A stretch of DNA of 64,000 nt from Gemmatimonadota bacterium (GTDB lineage: Bacteria > Gemmatimonadota > Gemmatimonadetes > Gemmatimonadales > GWC2-71-9). The DNA lies in contig JANLPG010000120.1 of NCBI GenBank assembly GCA_031367105.1, positions 12,016 through 76,015 of the forward strand, given 5' to 3'. Each line of letters begins with the position of its first letter. Positions within the stretch are counted from its first letter, which is position 1. The notes under the pieces were generated by a model. That model made no database searches, was not told the origin of the DNA, and was given only the letters and a program-made list of their open reading frames with translations. Both the position numbers and the translations under genes were made by a program. Of the stretch, positions 37,059-45,223 are shown one piece after another.

Positions 37059-38053
37059 CCTGCTGCGTCCTGGTCGACTCGACCGAGCGCCTCGACCGCT
37101 TTCTCGCCGATCAATTGCAGATGTCGCGCACCGTGGCGGCACGCCTGGTGGCCGAGAAGGCAGTGTCGGTCAACGCCGTGGTGGCTCGCGCCTCACGCAC
37201 GATGCAGCGCGGTGACCTCATCGAGGTGACGTTTCCTGAACACGAAGCACCCCGGACCTTCACGCCCAACCCGATCGGACTCACCATCGTCTACGAAGAC
37301 GACGACCTCGCCGTCATCGACAAGCCCGCCGGGCTGGTGGTGCATCCCGCACCGGGGCACTGGGACGACACCCTCGTTAATGCGCTGGTCGCACGCGGGA
37401 CAACCCTCGGAGGCGGTGCCGAGGGGCGACCGGGAATCGTGCATCGACTTGATCGCGAGACCAGCGGACTGATCATTGTGTCAAAGACCGATCTCGCGCA
37501 TCGTCGACTCGGTGCGATGATCGCCGCGCGCAAGGTCGCCCGCGTCTATGCCGCGATGATCTGGGGCCATCTCGACGAGCCGAAAATCACCATCGAAGCG
37601 CCACTCGGTCGGAGTCATCGCGACCGCAAGCGTGTGGCGATCATCCCCGAGGGTCGCCCCGCCAAGACCGACGCGTTCGGGATCGCCCACCTTGGCCCGG
37701 TGGAGATCGTCCGGCTCGAACTGCACACCGGCCGTACCCACCAGATCCGGGTGCATCTCGAATCCATCGGACATCCGGTCGTCGGAGACCCGGTCTACAC
37801 CGGGGGTGGTTGGAAGCGGATTTCCGGTGTGGGTCGCGCCCAGGCCAGGCTGCTCGCCTCGCTGGCACCGCGGCAGGCACTTCATGCCGCCCTTCTGGCG
37901 TTCCGCCACCCCATCAGTGGCGAACCGCTCCGATTGACCTCTCCCTGGCCGCTCGACCTCTGGCCACTCCTGGAGACCGCGGCCGGCGCCGGTGTCCTTC
38001 CGAGTCGGGAGGAGGCGCTGTCGGCCATCGGCTTCGAAACCCAGCATGCCTGA
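37055..38053 (+). CDS. rluD: RluA/RluD family pseudouridine synthase
   Basis: S4 domain, DKPAGLVVHP, GIVHRLDRETSG, TGRTHQIRVH, RQALHA. Confidence 0.93.
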   Translation: MTCCVLVDSTERLDRFLADQLQMSRTVAARLVAEKAVSVNAVVARASRTMQRGDLIEVTFPEHEAPRTFTPNPIGLTIVYEDDDLAVIDKPAGLVVHPAPGHWDDTLVNALVARGTTLGGGAEGRPGIVHRLDRETSGLIIVSKTDLAHRRLGAMIAARKVARVYAAMIWGHLDEPKITIEAPLGRSHRDRKRVAIIPEGRPAKTDAFGIAHLGPVEIVRLELHTGRTHQIRVHLESIGHPVVGDPVYTGGGWKRISGVGRAQARLLASLAPRQALHAALLAFRHPISGEPLRLTSPWPLDLWPLLETAAGAGVLPSREEALSAIGFETQHA

Positions 38054-38408
38054 CAGCCTTCCGGCCGTTGGCGGTCTGGTGGTTCGGGTCGCCGGGACTC
38101 GCTGGTTCATCCCGGTGGACGGGGTGATCGAGGTCCTGCGAGATGCGACAATCGTCCGGGTGCCGGGTGGGGTGCCGGCGGTCCGGGGGATGGTCAACCA
38201 CCGCGGCCGGATCATCACGGTGGCCGACCCGGTCCGAGCGCTGGGGCTCCCAGGGGAGGCGGGCGGTGCGCGGGAACTGGTGGTGGTCGAGTCGGAGAGC
38301 CGCCGTTTCGCCCTCGCGGTGGATGGTGTGGTGGAGCTGACCGCCGAACCGCGCACGGGCCTTGCAACATTGGATTTGATCCAGGTCGCCCACGCGATCT
38401 TTGCCTGA
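38046..38408 (+). CDS. cheW: CheW domain protein
   Basis: V.EV...IVRVPG..PAVRGMVNHRGRIITV.D, FALAVDGV. Confidence 0.85.
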   Translation: MPDSLPAVGGLVVRVAGTRWFIPVDGVIEVLRDATIVRVPGGVPAVRGMVNHRGRIITVADPVRALGLPGEAGGARELVVVESESRRFALAVDGVVELTAEPRTGLATLDLIQVAHAIFA

Positions 38409-38428
38409 CCCCTGTTCCCGGAGGACCG

Positions 38429-38794
38429 ATGGCCCAGCGGATCCTGATTTGTGATGACGCCATCTTCATGCGGACGATGATCGCCGATATCCTGACGGGT
38501 GCGGGGTACGAAATCGCCGGCGAGGCCGAAAGCGGCCTGCAGGCAGTCGAGCGCTACAAGGCAGTGAAGCCTGATCTGGTGACAATGGACATCGTGATGC
38601 CCGATATGGGCGGCATCGACGCCGTCCGGGCGATCATCGCCAGCGACCCCGATGCCAAGATCCTGATGTGCAGCGCGATGGGCCAGCAGGCGCTGGTGGT
38701 CGAGGCCGTCCAGGCCGGCGCGAAGGACTTCGTGGTGAAGCCGTTCCAGCCGTCCCGGGTGCTCGAGGCCGTCAAGCGCGTTCTGGGCGAATGA
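38429..38794 (+). CDS. cheY: Single-domain response regulator CheY
   Basis: DDAIFMR, PDLVTMDIVMPDMGG, SAMGQ, FVVKPF (Firmicute/Thermotoga-like CheY). Confidence 0.92.
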   Translation: MAQRILICDDAIFMRTMIADILTGAGYEIAGEAESGLQAVERYKAVKPDLVTMDIVMPDMGGIDAVRAIIASDPDAKILMCSAMGQQALVVEAVQAGAKDFVVKPFQPSRVLEAVKRVLGE

Positions 38795-40296
38795 CCGACC
38801 CGCGGCGGGCGCGATACGTCGCGCTCTTCGCGGCCGAGGCGCGCTCAATGCTCGGCGGGGCTCGGCGCACGATGGCGGCCTGGTTCGACGACCTGACCGA
38901 CACCAGCCACGCCGAAGAAATCTTCCGGGTGCTGCACACCATCAAGGGGATGGCCGCCTCACTTGAGTTCGACGCGGTATCCGAACTGACGCACGCGACC
39001 GAGTCGGCGCTCAGTTCGGTGCGAGAGGGCGTCCGCCCCGCCGACCGGGGATGGTTGCGAGAGCTTGAGCGTGGCCTCGATGACATCTCGGCCGAGTGCG
39101 AACGGGCCGTCGAAGGCGAGGGCGGTGCAGCCGCAGCAACTGCCGCTGGTGGCCCGACCGCCGCGCGCATTGTGCGGGTCGATATCGATCGTCTCGATGC
39201 GCTGTTCAGCGATCTCGGCGGGCTGGTAACCGCGCGGCAAGACCTCGAGCGCCACGCCTCGCGCGACACCCTTTCGCCCGTCGCGCGTGCCGCATCGGCG
39301 ATGGCGCACCGGCTCGATCTGCTGCAGGACCGCATCCTGCACGTGCGCCTGGCCCCACTCACGGAAGTGTTCGAACGGCTGCCGCCGCTGGTGCGGGACC
39401 TGGCCCGGCAGCTCGGGAAGGAAGTCACGGCGGAGATCTCCGGCGAGGGGCTCGAAGTCGACCGGGCCGTCCTCGACCATCTGCCCGAGCCGCTGATGCA
39501 CTTGCTGCGCAATGCGCTCGACCACGGGATCGAGTCGCCGGAGCTCCGGCGTGCGGCAGGGAAGCGGGCAGCCGGGCGCATCGCGGTGCGGGCACGCCGC
39601 GATCGCGATGCCGTGGTCGTAGAGCTCACGGACGATGGCCGCGGCATTGATCGCGAGCAGGTGGCAGCCAAGGCGCGTGAGCAAGGGATACTCGAGGAAG
39701 GTGCCGCCCTCTCCGACGACGGACTGCTGGCGGTGCTGGCCCGGCCAGGATTCAGCACCGCGCAGACGGTGACGGATGTGTCCGGGCGTGGTGTCGGACT
39801 CGACGTGGTGCTCGCCCGGCTCCACGAGATTGGGGCGGCGCTCTCGTTGACGACCGTCGCCGGGAAGGGGACGGTGTTCACGCTCCGGCTGCCGATGCGA
39901 CTTGGCATCGTCCGGGCACTGGTGACCGGCATCGGCGATGAGCGGTACGTGATGCCGCTGACGCACGTGGCCGAACTCATTGCCTGGGATCCATCGACGG
40001 TGCGGCAGGTCGATGGGCGCTCGGTGATCGAGCACCGCGGGGAGACGATTCCGGTGGTCGACTTGCGCCGGCTGCTGCTCTATCGTGGTGCCGCGGCGCC
40101 GCTGCGCCGCCCCGCGGTGGTGTTCGAAGCCAACGGCCAGCGCGTGGTGCTGGTGGCCGATGCGGTCCACGGCCAGATCGACGCGGTCGTGCAGCCGATC
40201 CAGCGGCCCCGTGGGATGCCGCGCTGGATCACCGGCGCGGCGGTGCTGGACAATGGCCGACCGGCGCTGTTGCTCGACCTGGCGAGCGTCGTATAG
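38791..40296 (+). CDS. cheA: Compact CheA histidine kinase (Hpt-dimerisation-HATPase-CheW, no P2)
   Basis: FRVLHTIKGMA, VRVDIDRLD, HLLRNALDHGIE, DDGRGID, PGFST...SGRGVGLD, C-terminal CheW domain. Confidence 0.92.
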   Translation: MTDPRRARYVALFAAEARSMLGGARRTMAAWFDDLTDTSHAEEIFRVLHTIKGMAASLEFDAVSELTHATESALSSVREGVRPADRGWLRELERGLDDISAECERAVEGEGGAAAATAAGGPTAARIVRVDIDRLDALFSDLGGLVTARQDLERHASRDTLSPVARAASAMAHRLDLLQDRILHVRLAPLTEVFERLPPLVRDLARQLGKEVTAEISGEGLEVDRAVLDHLPEPLMHLLRNALDHGIESPELRRAAGKRAAGRIAVRARRDRDAVVVELTDDGRGIDREQVAAKAREQGILEEGAALSDDGLLAVLARPGFSTAQTVTDVSGRGVGLDVVLARLHEIGAALSLTTVAGKGTVFTLRLPMRLGIVRALVTGIGDERYVMPLTHVAELIAWDPSTVRQVDGRSVIEHRGETIPVVDLRRLLLYRGAAAPLRRPAVVFEANGQRVVLVADAVHGQIDAVVQPIQRPRGMPRWITGAAVLDNGRPALLLDLASVV

Positions 40297-40356
40297 CGAT
40301 CGAAATCGATCATCGATCAGCGATGGTCGAGTTGTGAGACTTCACCCGGAGTGCCG

Positions 40357-40977
40357 ATGCCCACACCGAACGATATCGATACGCTGCGCCGCGACGGACT
40401 CCGTGAGGTCGCGACCATCGGCGCAGGCCACGCCGCGACGGCGCTGTCGCAACTGACGGATCGTCGCATCATGATCTCCGTGCCGCAGGTGCGCCGTGTC
40501 AACTACGGCGAAGTGCCCAAGATGCTGTCGAGCTTCGGTGGTCACGTTGCCCTGGTCTCGATGCGGATGTTGGGTGACCTGACCGGCCGGGCATTGCTTG
40601 CCTTCGCCGAGCAGGATGCCACGCGACTGTGCGACCTGATCCTGCGGCGACCAGTTGGGCCACCCCGCGCACTCGGGGAACTGGAGCAGTCGGGCCTCAA
40701 GGAGGTCGGCAACATCGTCTGCTCGGCCTACCTCACTGCGCTCAGCAACTTCATGGGAATGATGCTGCTGCCGTCGGTGCCGTCACTCACGGTCGGCCCG
40801 ACGGATTTGGCGATCGCGTCCACCGTCGATCCCGAGGAGGAAAGCAGCGATCTCCTGTTCTGCGTCGACACGGCATTCCGTGCCGAGGGCAATGAGCATC
40901 CCTTGACCGGGGCATTCCTGCTGATGCCCGACCACGCCTCGATCAAGGCGATTCTCGAGGCCATCCGGCTCGACTAG
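40357..40977 (+). CDS. cheC: CheC-family phosphatase
   Basis: LREVATIGAGHAATALSQL and LKEVGNI..SAY repeats. Confidence 0.88.
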   Translation: MPTPNDIDTLRRDGLREVATIGAGHAATALSQLTDRRIMISVPQVRRVNYGEVPKMLSSFGGHVALVSMRMLGDLTGRALLAFAEQDATRLCDLILRRPVGPPRALGELEQSGLKEVGNIVCSAYLTALSNFMGMMLLPSVPSLTVGPTDLAIASTVDPEEESSDLLFCVDTAFRAEGNEHPLTGAFLLMPDHASIKAILEAIRLD

Positions 40978-40978
40978 G

Positions 40979-42121
40979 ATGACGGCGCCCCGTCCGCGCG
41001 ACGCCGCTGTTGTCGCTGCGCTGGTGCGACGGCTCGGTACCACCGACGCCGCGACGCTGACGAACCTTGCCTGGTTCGCGGCGCGGCGCGGGGCTACTGC
41101 GGCCGCGCTCGATACCGTGCGCCGCGCCGTGGCGATGCCCGGCGCACCCCGTGCCGCCTGGCGCACACTGGAGCGGCTCGCCGTCGGGCGGACCGATCAG
41201 TTGCTGCTGGCACTTCCTCCCGGCCAGGCTGCCACGGCCGCTGGTCCGTTGGCCACGCATCCGCTCGCCGCAGCTGTTGCTGCCCACGCGCAGGGTGCGC
41301 TCGCCGTCGCCGAGGCGTGCTATTGGGCCGCCACCGAAGATGGCCCCGATGCGATCGCGGCGTGGAACGGGTTGGCAGTCTTGCACGAGGAGCGAGGCGA
41401 ACGCTCGGCGGCCGACGAGGCGTGGCGGCGGATTGCCGAGTCACCCAGTGTCGCCGTGGCGCACGATCACGTGCTGGCCTGGCACCGCCGCGGCGAATCG
41501 CGGCACGCCCGGACGCTGCTTGAGCACGCCATCTTGCGCCTGCCCCGCTCGGCGCCGCTCCTCCACCTCGCGGGATATCTGGCCTACATTGGCGGCGAAG
41601 CCGCGGCGGCAGTGCCGTTCCTGACCGCGGCCGTCGCCATCGACCCAGCGCTCGCGCGGTCCCACTTCACCCTTGGCCTCGCACACGAGCGCCTCGGGGC
41701 ACACACCTTGGCGGTGGAAGCGACTCGCCACGGACTGCAATGCTCGCCCTGGTTCGTCCCCGAGGTCTGGTTGCTTGACAACGGACGTCGCGGCGAACTG
41801 GTTGAAATTGCTCCGGAACGCTCCACCGGAACCGCCGCTGCCACAGATGAAGTCCTCCTCGCACTCGGTCGCTCGCTTCTCGAGACGCTGCACCTCGGCG
41901 AGGCGCTCTCGGTCTTCGATCAGGTGCTCGTGCGGCAGCCGTCGCACACGGCTGCGCTGTTCCACCGCGGCGTCGTGTTAGCCAAACTGCGCCGGTACAA
42001 CGACGCGTTGGCCGATTGGGAAGCCGTCGGAGTGGCGGATGGGGAGAGCGTGCTCGGGGCGATGAGTCGCCGACACGCGCACTCGGCACGCGAACTTGCC
42101 GCCCTCTTCCCGGTCAGCTAG
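40979..42121 (+). CDS. TPR repeat protein
   Basis: AWNGLAVL, ARSHFTLGLA, ALFHRGVVLAKLRRY..A TPR consensus. Confidence 0.8.
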   Translation: MTAPRPRDAAVVAALVRRLGTTDAATLTNLAWFAARRGATAAALDTVRRAVAMPGAPRAAWRTLERLAVGRTDQLLLALPPGQAATAAGPLATHPLAAAVAAHAQGALAVAEACYWAATEDGPDAIAAWNGLAVLHEERGERSAADEAWRRIAESPSVAVAHDHVLAWHRRGESRHARTLLEHAILRLPRSAPLLHLAGYLAYIGGEAAAAVPFLTAAVAIDPALARSHFTLGLAHERLGAHTLAVEATRHGLQCSPWFVPEVWLLDNGRRGELVEIAPERSTGTAAATDEVLLALGRSLLETLHLGEALSVFDQVLVRQPSHTAALFHRGVVLAKLRRYNDALADWEAVGVADGESVLGAMSRRHAHSARELAALFPVS

Positions 42122-42128
42122 GCGCTGC

Positions 42129-43052
42129 GTGCACGGGCCACTCAGTGAGATCTCACTCGTAGAAGTGCTCCAGCTCCTCCAACGCGGCCGTCGGAGCGGA
42201 ACCCTGCGCGTCACCGGCCCTGACCCGACCGCGCCGCGCACGCTCTGGCTCCGCGAAGGGCTGGTGGTCGCACTAGAACCCGAAGCCAGTGACGCCGCCG
42301 TCAACGATGGCCTGATCGCGCGTGCCCTCGCGAGCGAGGAAGCTGACGACGGACCGGACACCGTGCCGGCACCCATTCGGGACGCACTCCGGGCCCGGCT
42401 CGCGAGTGCCGCCCTGGGGGTAATGCTCCACTGGTCCCGCGGTCGGTTCGATTTTGCAGAGGGCGTCGTCGCAGTCGGGCCCCTCGCCGTCTCGCCCGAT
42501 GCGCTCGTGTTCGAGGTCGTCGAAACCGAGATGCGCCGGGTCGACCTCGCCGCCGAGTTCGACCAGTTCCGAGCCATTCCCGCGTTCGCTCCGACGGAAA
42601 CACTCGCCGACGGCCCCGCCCCCTCGCTCGACCCGTTGGATTGGCGGCTGCTCGACGCGGTGGATGGCGTGCGCAACGTGGCCGCGCTCGCCGCTGCCCT
42701 GGATGAACCGCTCGATGTGATCGCCGATCGGGTTCGGTCGTTGCAGTCCACCGCTATACTTCAGCTCGCCGCTGCACCCGCCGATGTTTCGCTCGAGGCG
42801 AGGGCTGCCATCGAGGCGGGTCGGTATGACGAGGCCGCCGCGCTGCTCCGCTCGCGAGTAGCCGCCGTGCCGGGCGATGGCGAGGCGTGGCGAACGCTCG
42901 GCCTCGCCGAGGTCGGGGCGGGGCGGTTCGATCGCGCCATCGGCGCGTGGGAGGGATGGCGCGCCGCCGATCCGCTGCGCGCCGAGGAGGCTGCGTCGCT
43001 GACGCGTGCTGCCCAGACTATGGTGGAGGCGTTGCGCGACGGCCGTGACTGA
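42129..43052 (+). CDS. DUF4388 domain plus TPR protein
   Basis: G.LSEISLVEVLQLL....RSGTL, W..GRFDF, winged-helix-like segment, C-terminal TPR. Confidence 0.8.
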   Translation: MHGPLSEISLVEVLQLLQRGRRSGTLRVTGPDPTAPRTLWLREGLVVALEPEASDAAVNDGLIARALASEEADDGPDTVPAPIRDALRARLASAALGVMLHWSRGRFDFAEGVVAVGPLAVSPDALVFEVVETEMRRVDLAAEFDQFRAIPAFAPTETLADGPAPSLDPLDWRLLDAVDGVRNVAALAAALDEPLDVIADRVRSLQSTAILQLAAAPADVSLEARAAIEAGRYDEAAALLRSRVAAVPGDGEAWRTLGLAEVGAGRFDRAIGAWEGWRAADPLRAEEAASLTRAAQTMVEALRDGRD

Positions 43053-43797
43053 ATCGTTTCCGACACTCCCCGGCGTCACTCAGGGCCTCGCCTTTCTGGA
43101 CCTCGGCGAGCGCCTGCGACAGCGTGGCCAGCACGAGGCCGCCGCGACGGTCGCGCTCGCCGGGTTGGCGCGGTATCCGGCGCTGGCCGACGCGCACGAC
43201 CTGCTTGCGCGCATCCGCGCCGACCAGGGCGAGGATGCCCCGGCGATCGCGTCGTGGCGTGCCTCCCTCGAGATCGAGCCCGGTCACATCGGCGCGCTCA
43301 AGGGACTCGCGTTTCTCGCCTTCCGGGCGCACGATCTGGCGGGCGCGGAGCGCTACCTTGAGTCCGCTGCGATGCGTGCCCCCCACGACACCACGATCCT
43401 CGCTGCCCTCGACCGGGTGCGTGCCTCGGCGCCGGCACCGTCGGCCGAGTCGTTCCGACTCGATGACCTCGCCAGCGGCCTGCTGCTGTTCGACAGTCAG
43501 GGGATGCGATTGACGGGCGGCGTCGGCCCATCGACTGGTGAGCTCGACGCCGATGCCACCGCGGCCGAGGCATCGGGCCTGGTGCGGGAGGCCATCCGCG
43601 CGGCCCGCTTCCTCGAGTTGGGCGCCTGGCAACAGCTGGTACTCGAAGGGAGCGAGGCCCGGGCCGCGCTAGTCGCGATCACTCCCGAGGCGACCCTGCT
43701 GGTGCGCCGTCCGGTGAGCACCCCGCCAGGACGATTGCTTGCGACCAGCGCACGAGCCGCGGACGTGGCGCGCGAATGGCTCGGTCGGGCGCAATGA
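43045..43797 (+). CDS. TPR plus C-terminal Roadblock-like domain protein
   Basis: ADAHDLLARI, ALKGLAFL TPRs; LLLFDSQG..L...LELGAWQQLVLE Roadblock pattern. Confidence 0.72.
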   Translation: MTESFPTLPGVTQGLAFLDLGERLRQRGQHEAAATVALAGLARYPALADAHDLLARIRADQGEDAPAIASWRASLEIEPGHIGALKGLAFLAFRAHDLAGAERYLESAAMRAPHDTTILAALDRVRASAPAPSAESFRLDDLASGLLLFDSQGMRLTGGVGPSTGELDADATAAEASGLVREAIRAARFLELGAWQQLVLEGSEARAALVAITPEATLLVRRPVSTPPGRLLATSARAADVAREWLGRAQ

Positions 43798-44147
43798 GCA
43801 TCGCACGGTGGGAGGGGATGCTGCGCGAAATCACCGGCATCATCGGCGTCCGCGGTGCCCTGATCATCTCCGCAGACGATGGGCTGGTGGTTGCGGAATC
43901 GGCGATGGAAGGGCTCGAAACCACGGACGTGGCCGCTTTCGCCGCGTCGCTGATTTCGCGCGCGCAGCGCACCGCGGCAGCGATGCGCACCAGCCCGCCG
44001 ACTCGATTGCACGTCACTGCCGAGTTGGGAACTCTCTTCGCGGTGGCCGGCGGCGAGCCGCTCTGGCTGGTCGCGGTGACCGACCCCACCGTCGAACTCG
44101 GCCGGCTCCGCATCCTGCTCGGCGACCTCGCTGTCGTGCTGGCCTGA
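43794..44147 (+). CDS. Roadblock/LC7 (MglB-like) protein
   Basis: GVRGALIISADDGLVVAE, VAAFAASL, ELGRLR. Confidence 0.85.
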   Translation: MSIARWEGMLREITGIIGVRGALIISADDGLVVAESAMEGLETTDVAAFAASLISRAQRTAAAMRTSPPTRLHVTAELGTLFAVAGGEPLWLVAVTDPTVELGRLRILLGDLAVVLA

Positions 44148-44614
44148 TGCGGGTTCTCGAACCGTGGGTTGCCGACCCGCTCGCGGAATTTCTGCGCGAG
44201 TCATCCGCCCGGCTCGCCCTGGTGATGACGAGCTCCGGTCAGGTCATTGCGCAACACGGCTTCACCCGTTCGCTGGACGTGATGGCCGCGGCGGCGCTCG
44301 GCGCCGGTATCCTTGCTACCACAGCTGAACTGGCGCGGGTGGTCGGCGCCGACGCCGGCTTCGGGGTGATCGTCCATCAGGGTCACCAGCAAGGTGTCTG
44401 GCTCGCCGGATTCGACACGCCCCGTGGCCGCTGGATCGCTCTGGTGGTGTTCGGTCGCGAATCGTCGGTCGGGCTGGTCCGCCTCTTCTTCGCTCGCTTC
44501 ACCGAGCGCCTGGTCGCAGCGGCGCCGGTTGCAGTGCTGGTGCGCGAGGTGCTCGCCGAAGGCTTCGAACGGGAACTCGACGACTCGCTGCGTGCCCTCT
44601 TCGGGCGGAGCTGA
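44147..44614 (+). CDS. MglB-like Roadblock protein
   Basis: SGQVIAQHG, AALGAGILATTAELARVVG...F..IVHQG, VVF...SSVGLVRL, as in MglB. Confidence 0.8.
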   Translation: MRVLEPWVADPLAEFLRESSARLALVMTSSGQVIAQHGFTRSLDVMAAAALGAGILATTAELARVVGADAGFGVIVHQGHQQGVWLAGFDTPRGRWIALVVFGRESSVGLVRLFFARFTERLVAAAPVAVLVREVLAEGFERELDDSLRALFGRS

Positions 44615-44616
44615 CG

Positions 44617-45216
44617 ATGGCTCGGACGAATGGCGCGCAACGGGAACTCACCGCCACCCTGGTCGTCTACGGAGCAGCCCGGTCGGGGAAGAGCTCGATC
44701 TTGCGCTGTGTGCAGGATCGGGTGGCGCCGGCGCGCCTCGGTGAGCGTTATCCGCTCGGCTCCCCTCCATCGGGCGTGCCGTTGCTCGACTGGCTGCCAC
44801 TCGAACTTGGCCTGATTGGCGGCTGGCAGGCCCGCGTCAATCTGTACGGCGTCCCCGCGGAGCGCCACGCCGACACCACGCGCCGCCTGGTCCTCGCCGA
44901 GGCCGATGGCATCCTCTTCGTAGCCGACAGCCAGGCGTCACGGCTCTCGGAGAACCTCGATGCGTTGCAATCGCTGCAGGGCGAGTTGCTCGACCGTGAT
45001 GGCGATCTGCGTGACCTTCCGCTCGTGCTGTTGTACAACAAGCAGGATCTGCCGGCGGAGATGATCCTGACACCCGACGCGCTGGGGGAGGCGCTCAATT
45101 TTCGCGGCGCACCGAGTTTCGCCTGTGACGCATTGCGGGGGGTGGGAGTGCTTGAGGCGCTCCACAGCGGAGTGACCCGGATGATGCGGCGCCTTGCGCC
45201 TGCACAGGGGGGGTGA
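44617..45216 (+). CDS. MglA-like small GTPase with degenerate catalytic motifs
   Basis: VVYGAARSGKSS, DWLPLELG, DGILFVADSQ..R..EN, YNKQDL, L...LN, A..G.GV. Confidence 0.82.
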   Translation: MARTNGAQRELTATLVVYGAARSGKSSILRCVQDRVAPARLGERYPLGSPPSGVPLLDWLPLELGLIGGWQARVNLYGVPAERHADTTRRLVLAEADGILFVADSQASRLSENLDALQSLQGELLDRDGDLRDLPLVLLYNKQDLPAEMILTPDALGEALNFRGAPSFACDALRGVGVLEALHSGVTRMMRRLAPAQGG

Positions 45217-45223
45217 CGCAGCG

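Noticed and set aside
45207..45213. G7 run at the end of the mglA-like gene as a frameshift fusing it to the DnaA-like ORF
   Set aside because: Both genes look complete with their own stop and start; no supporting slippage signal
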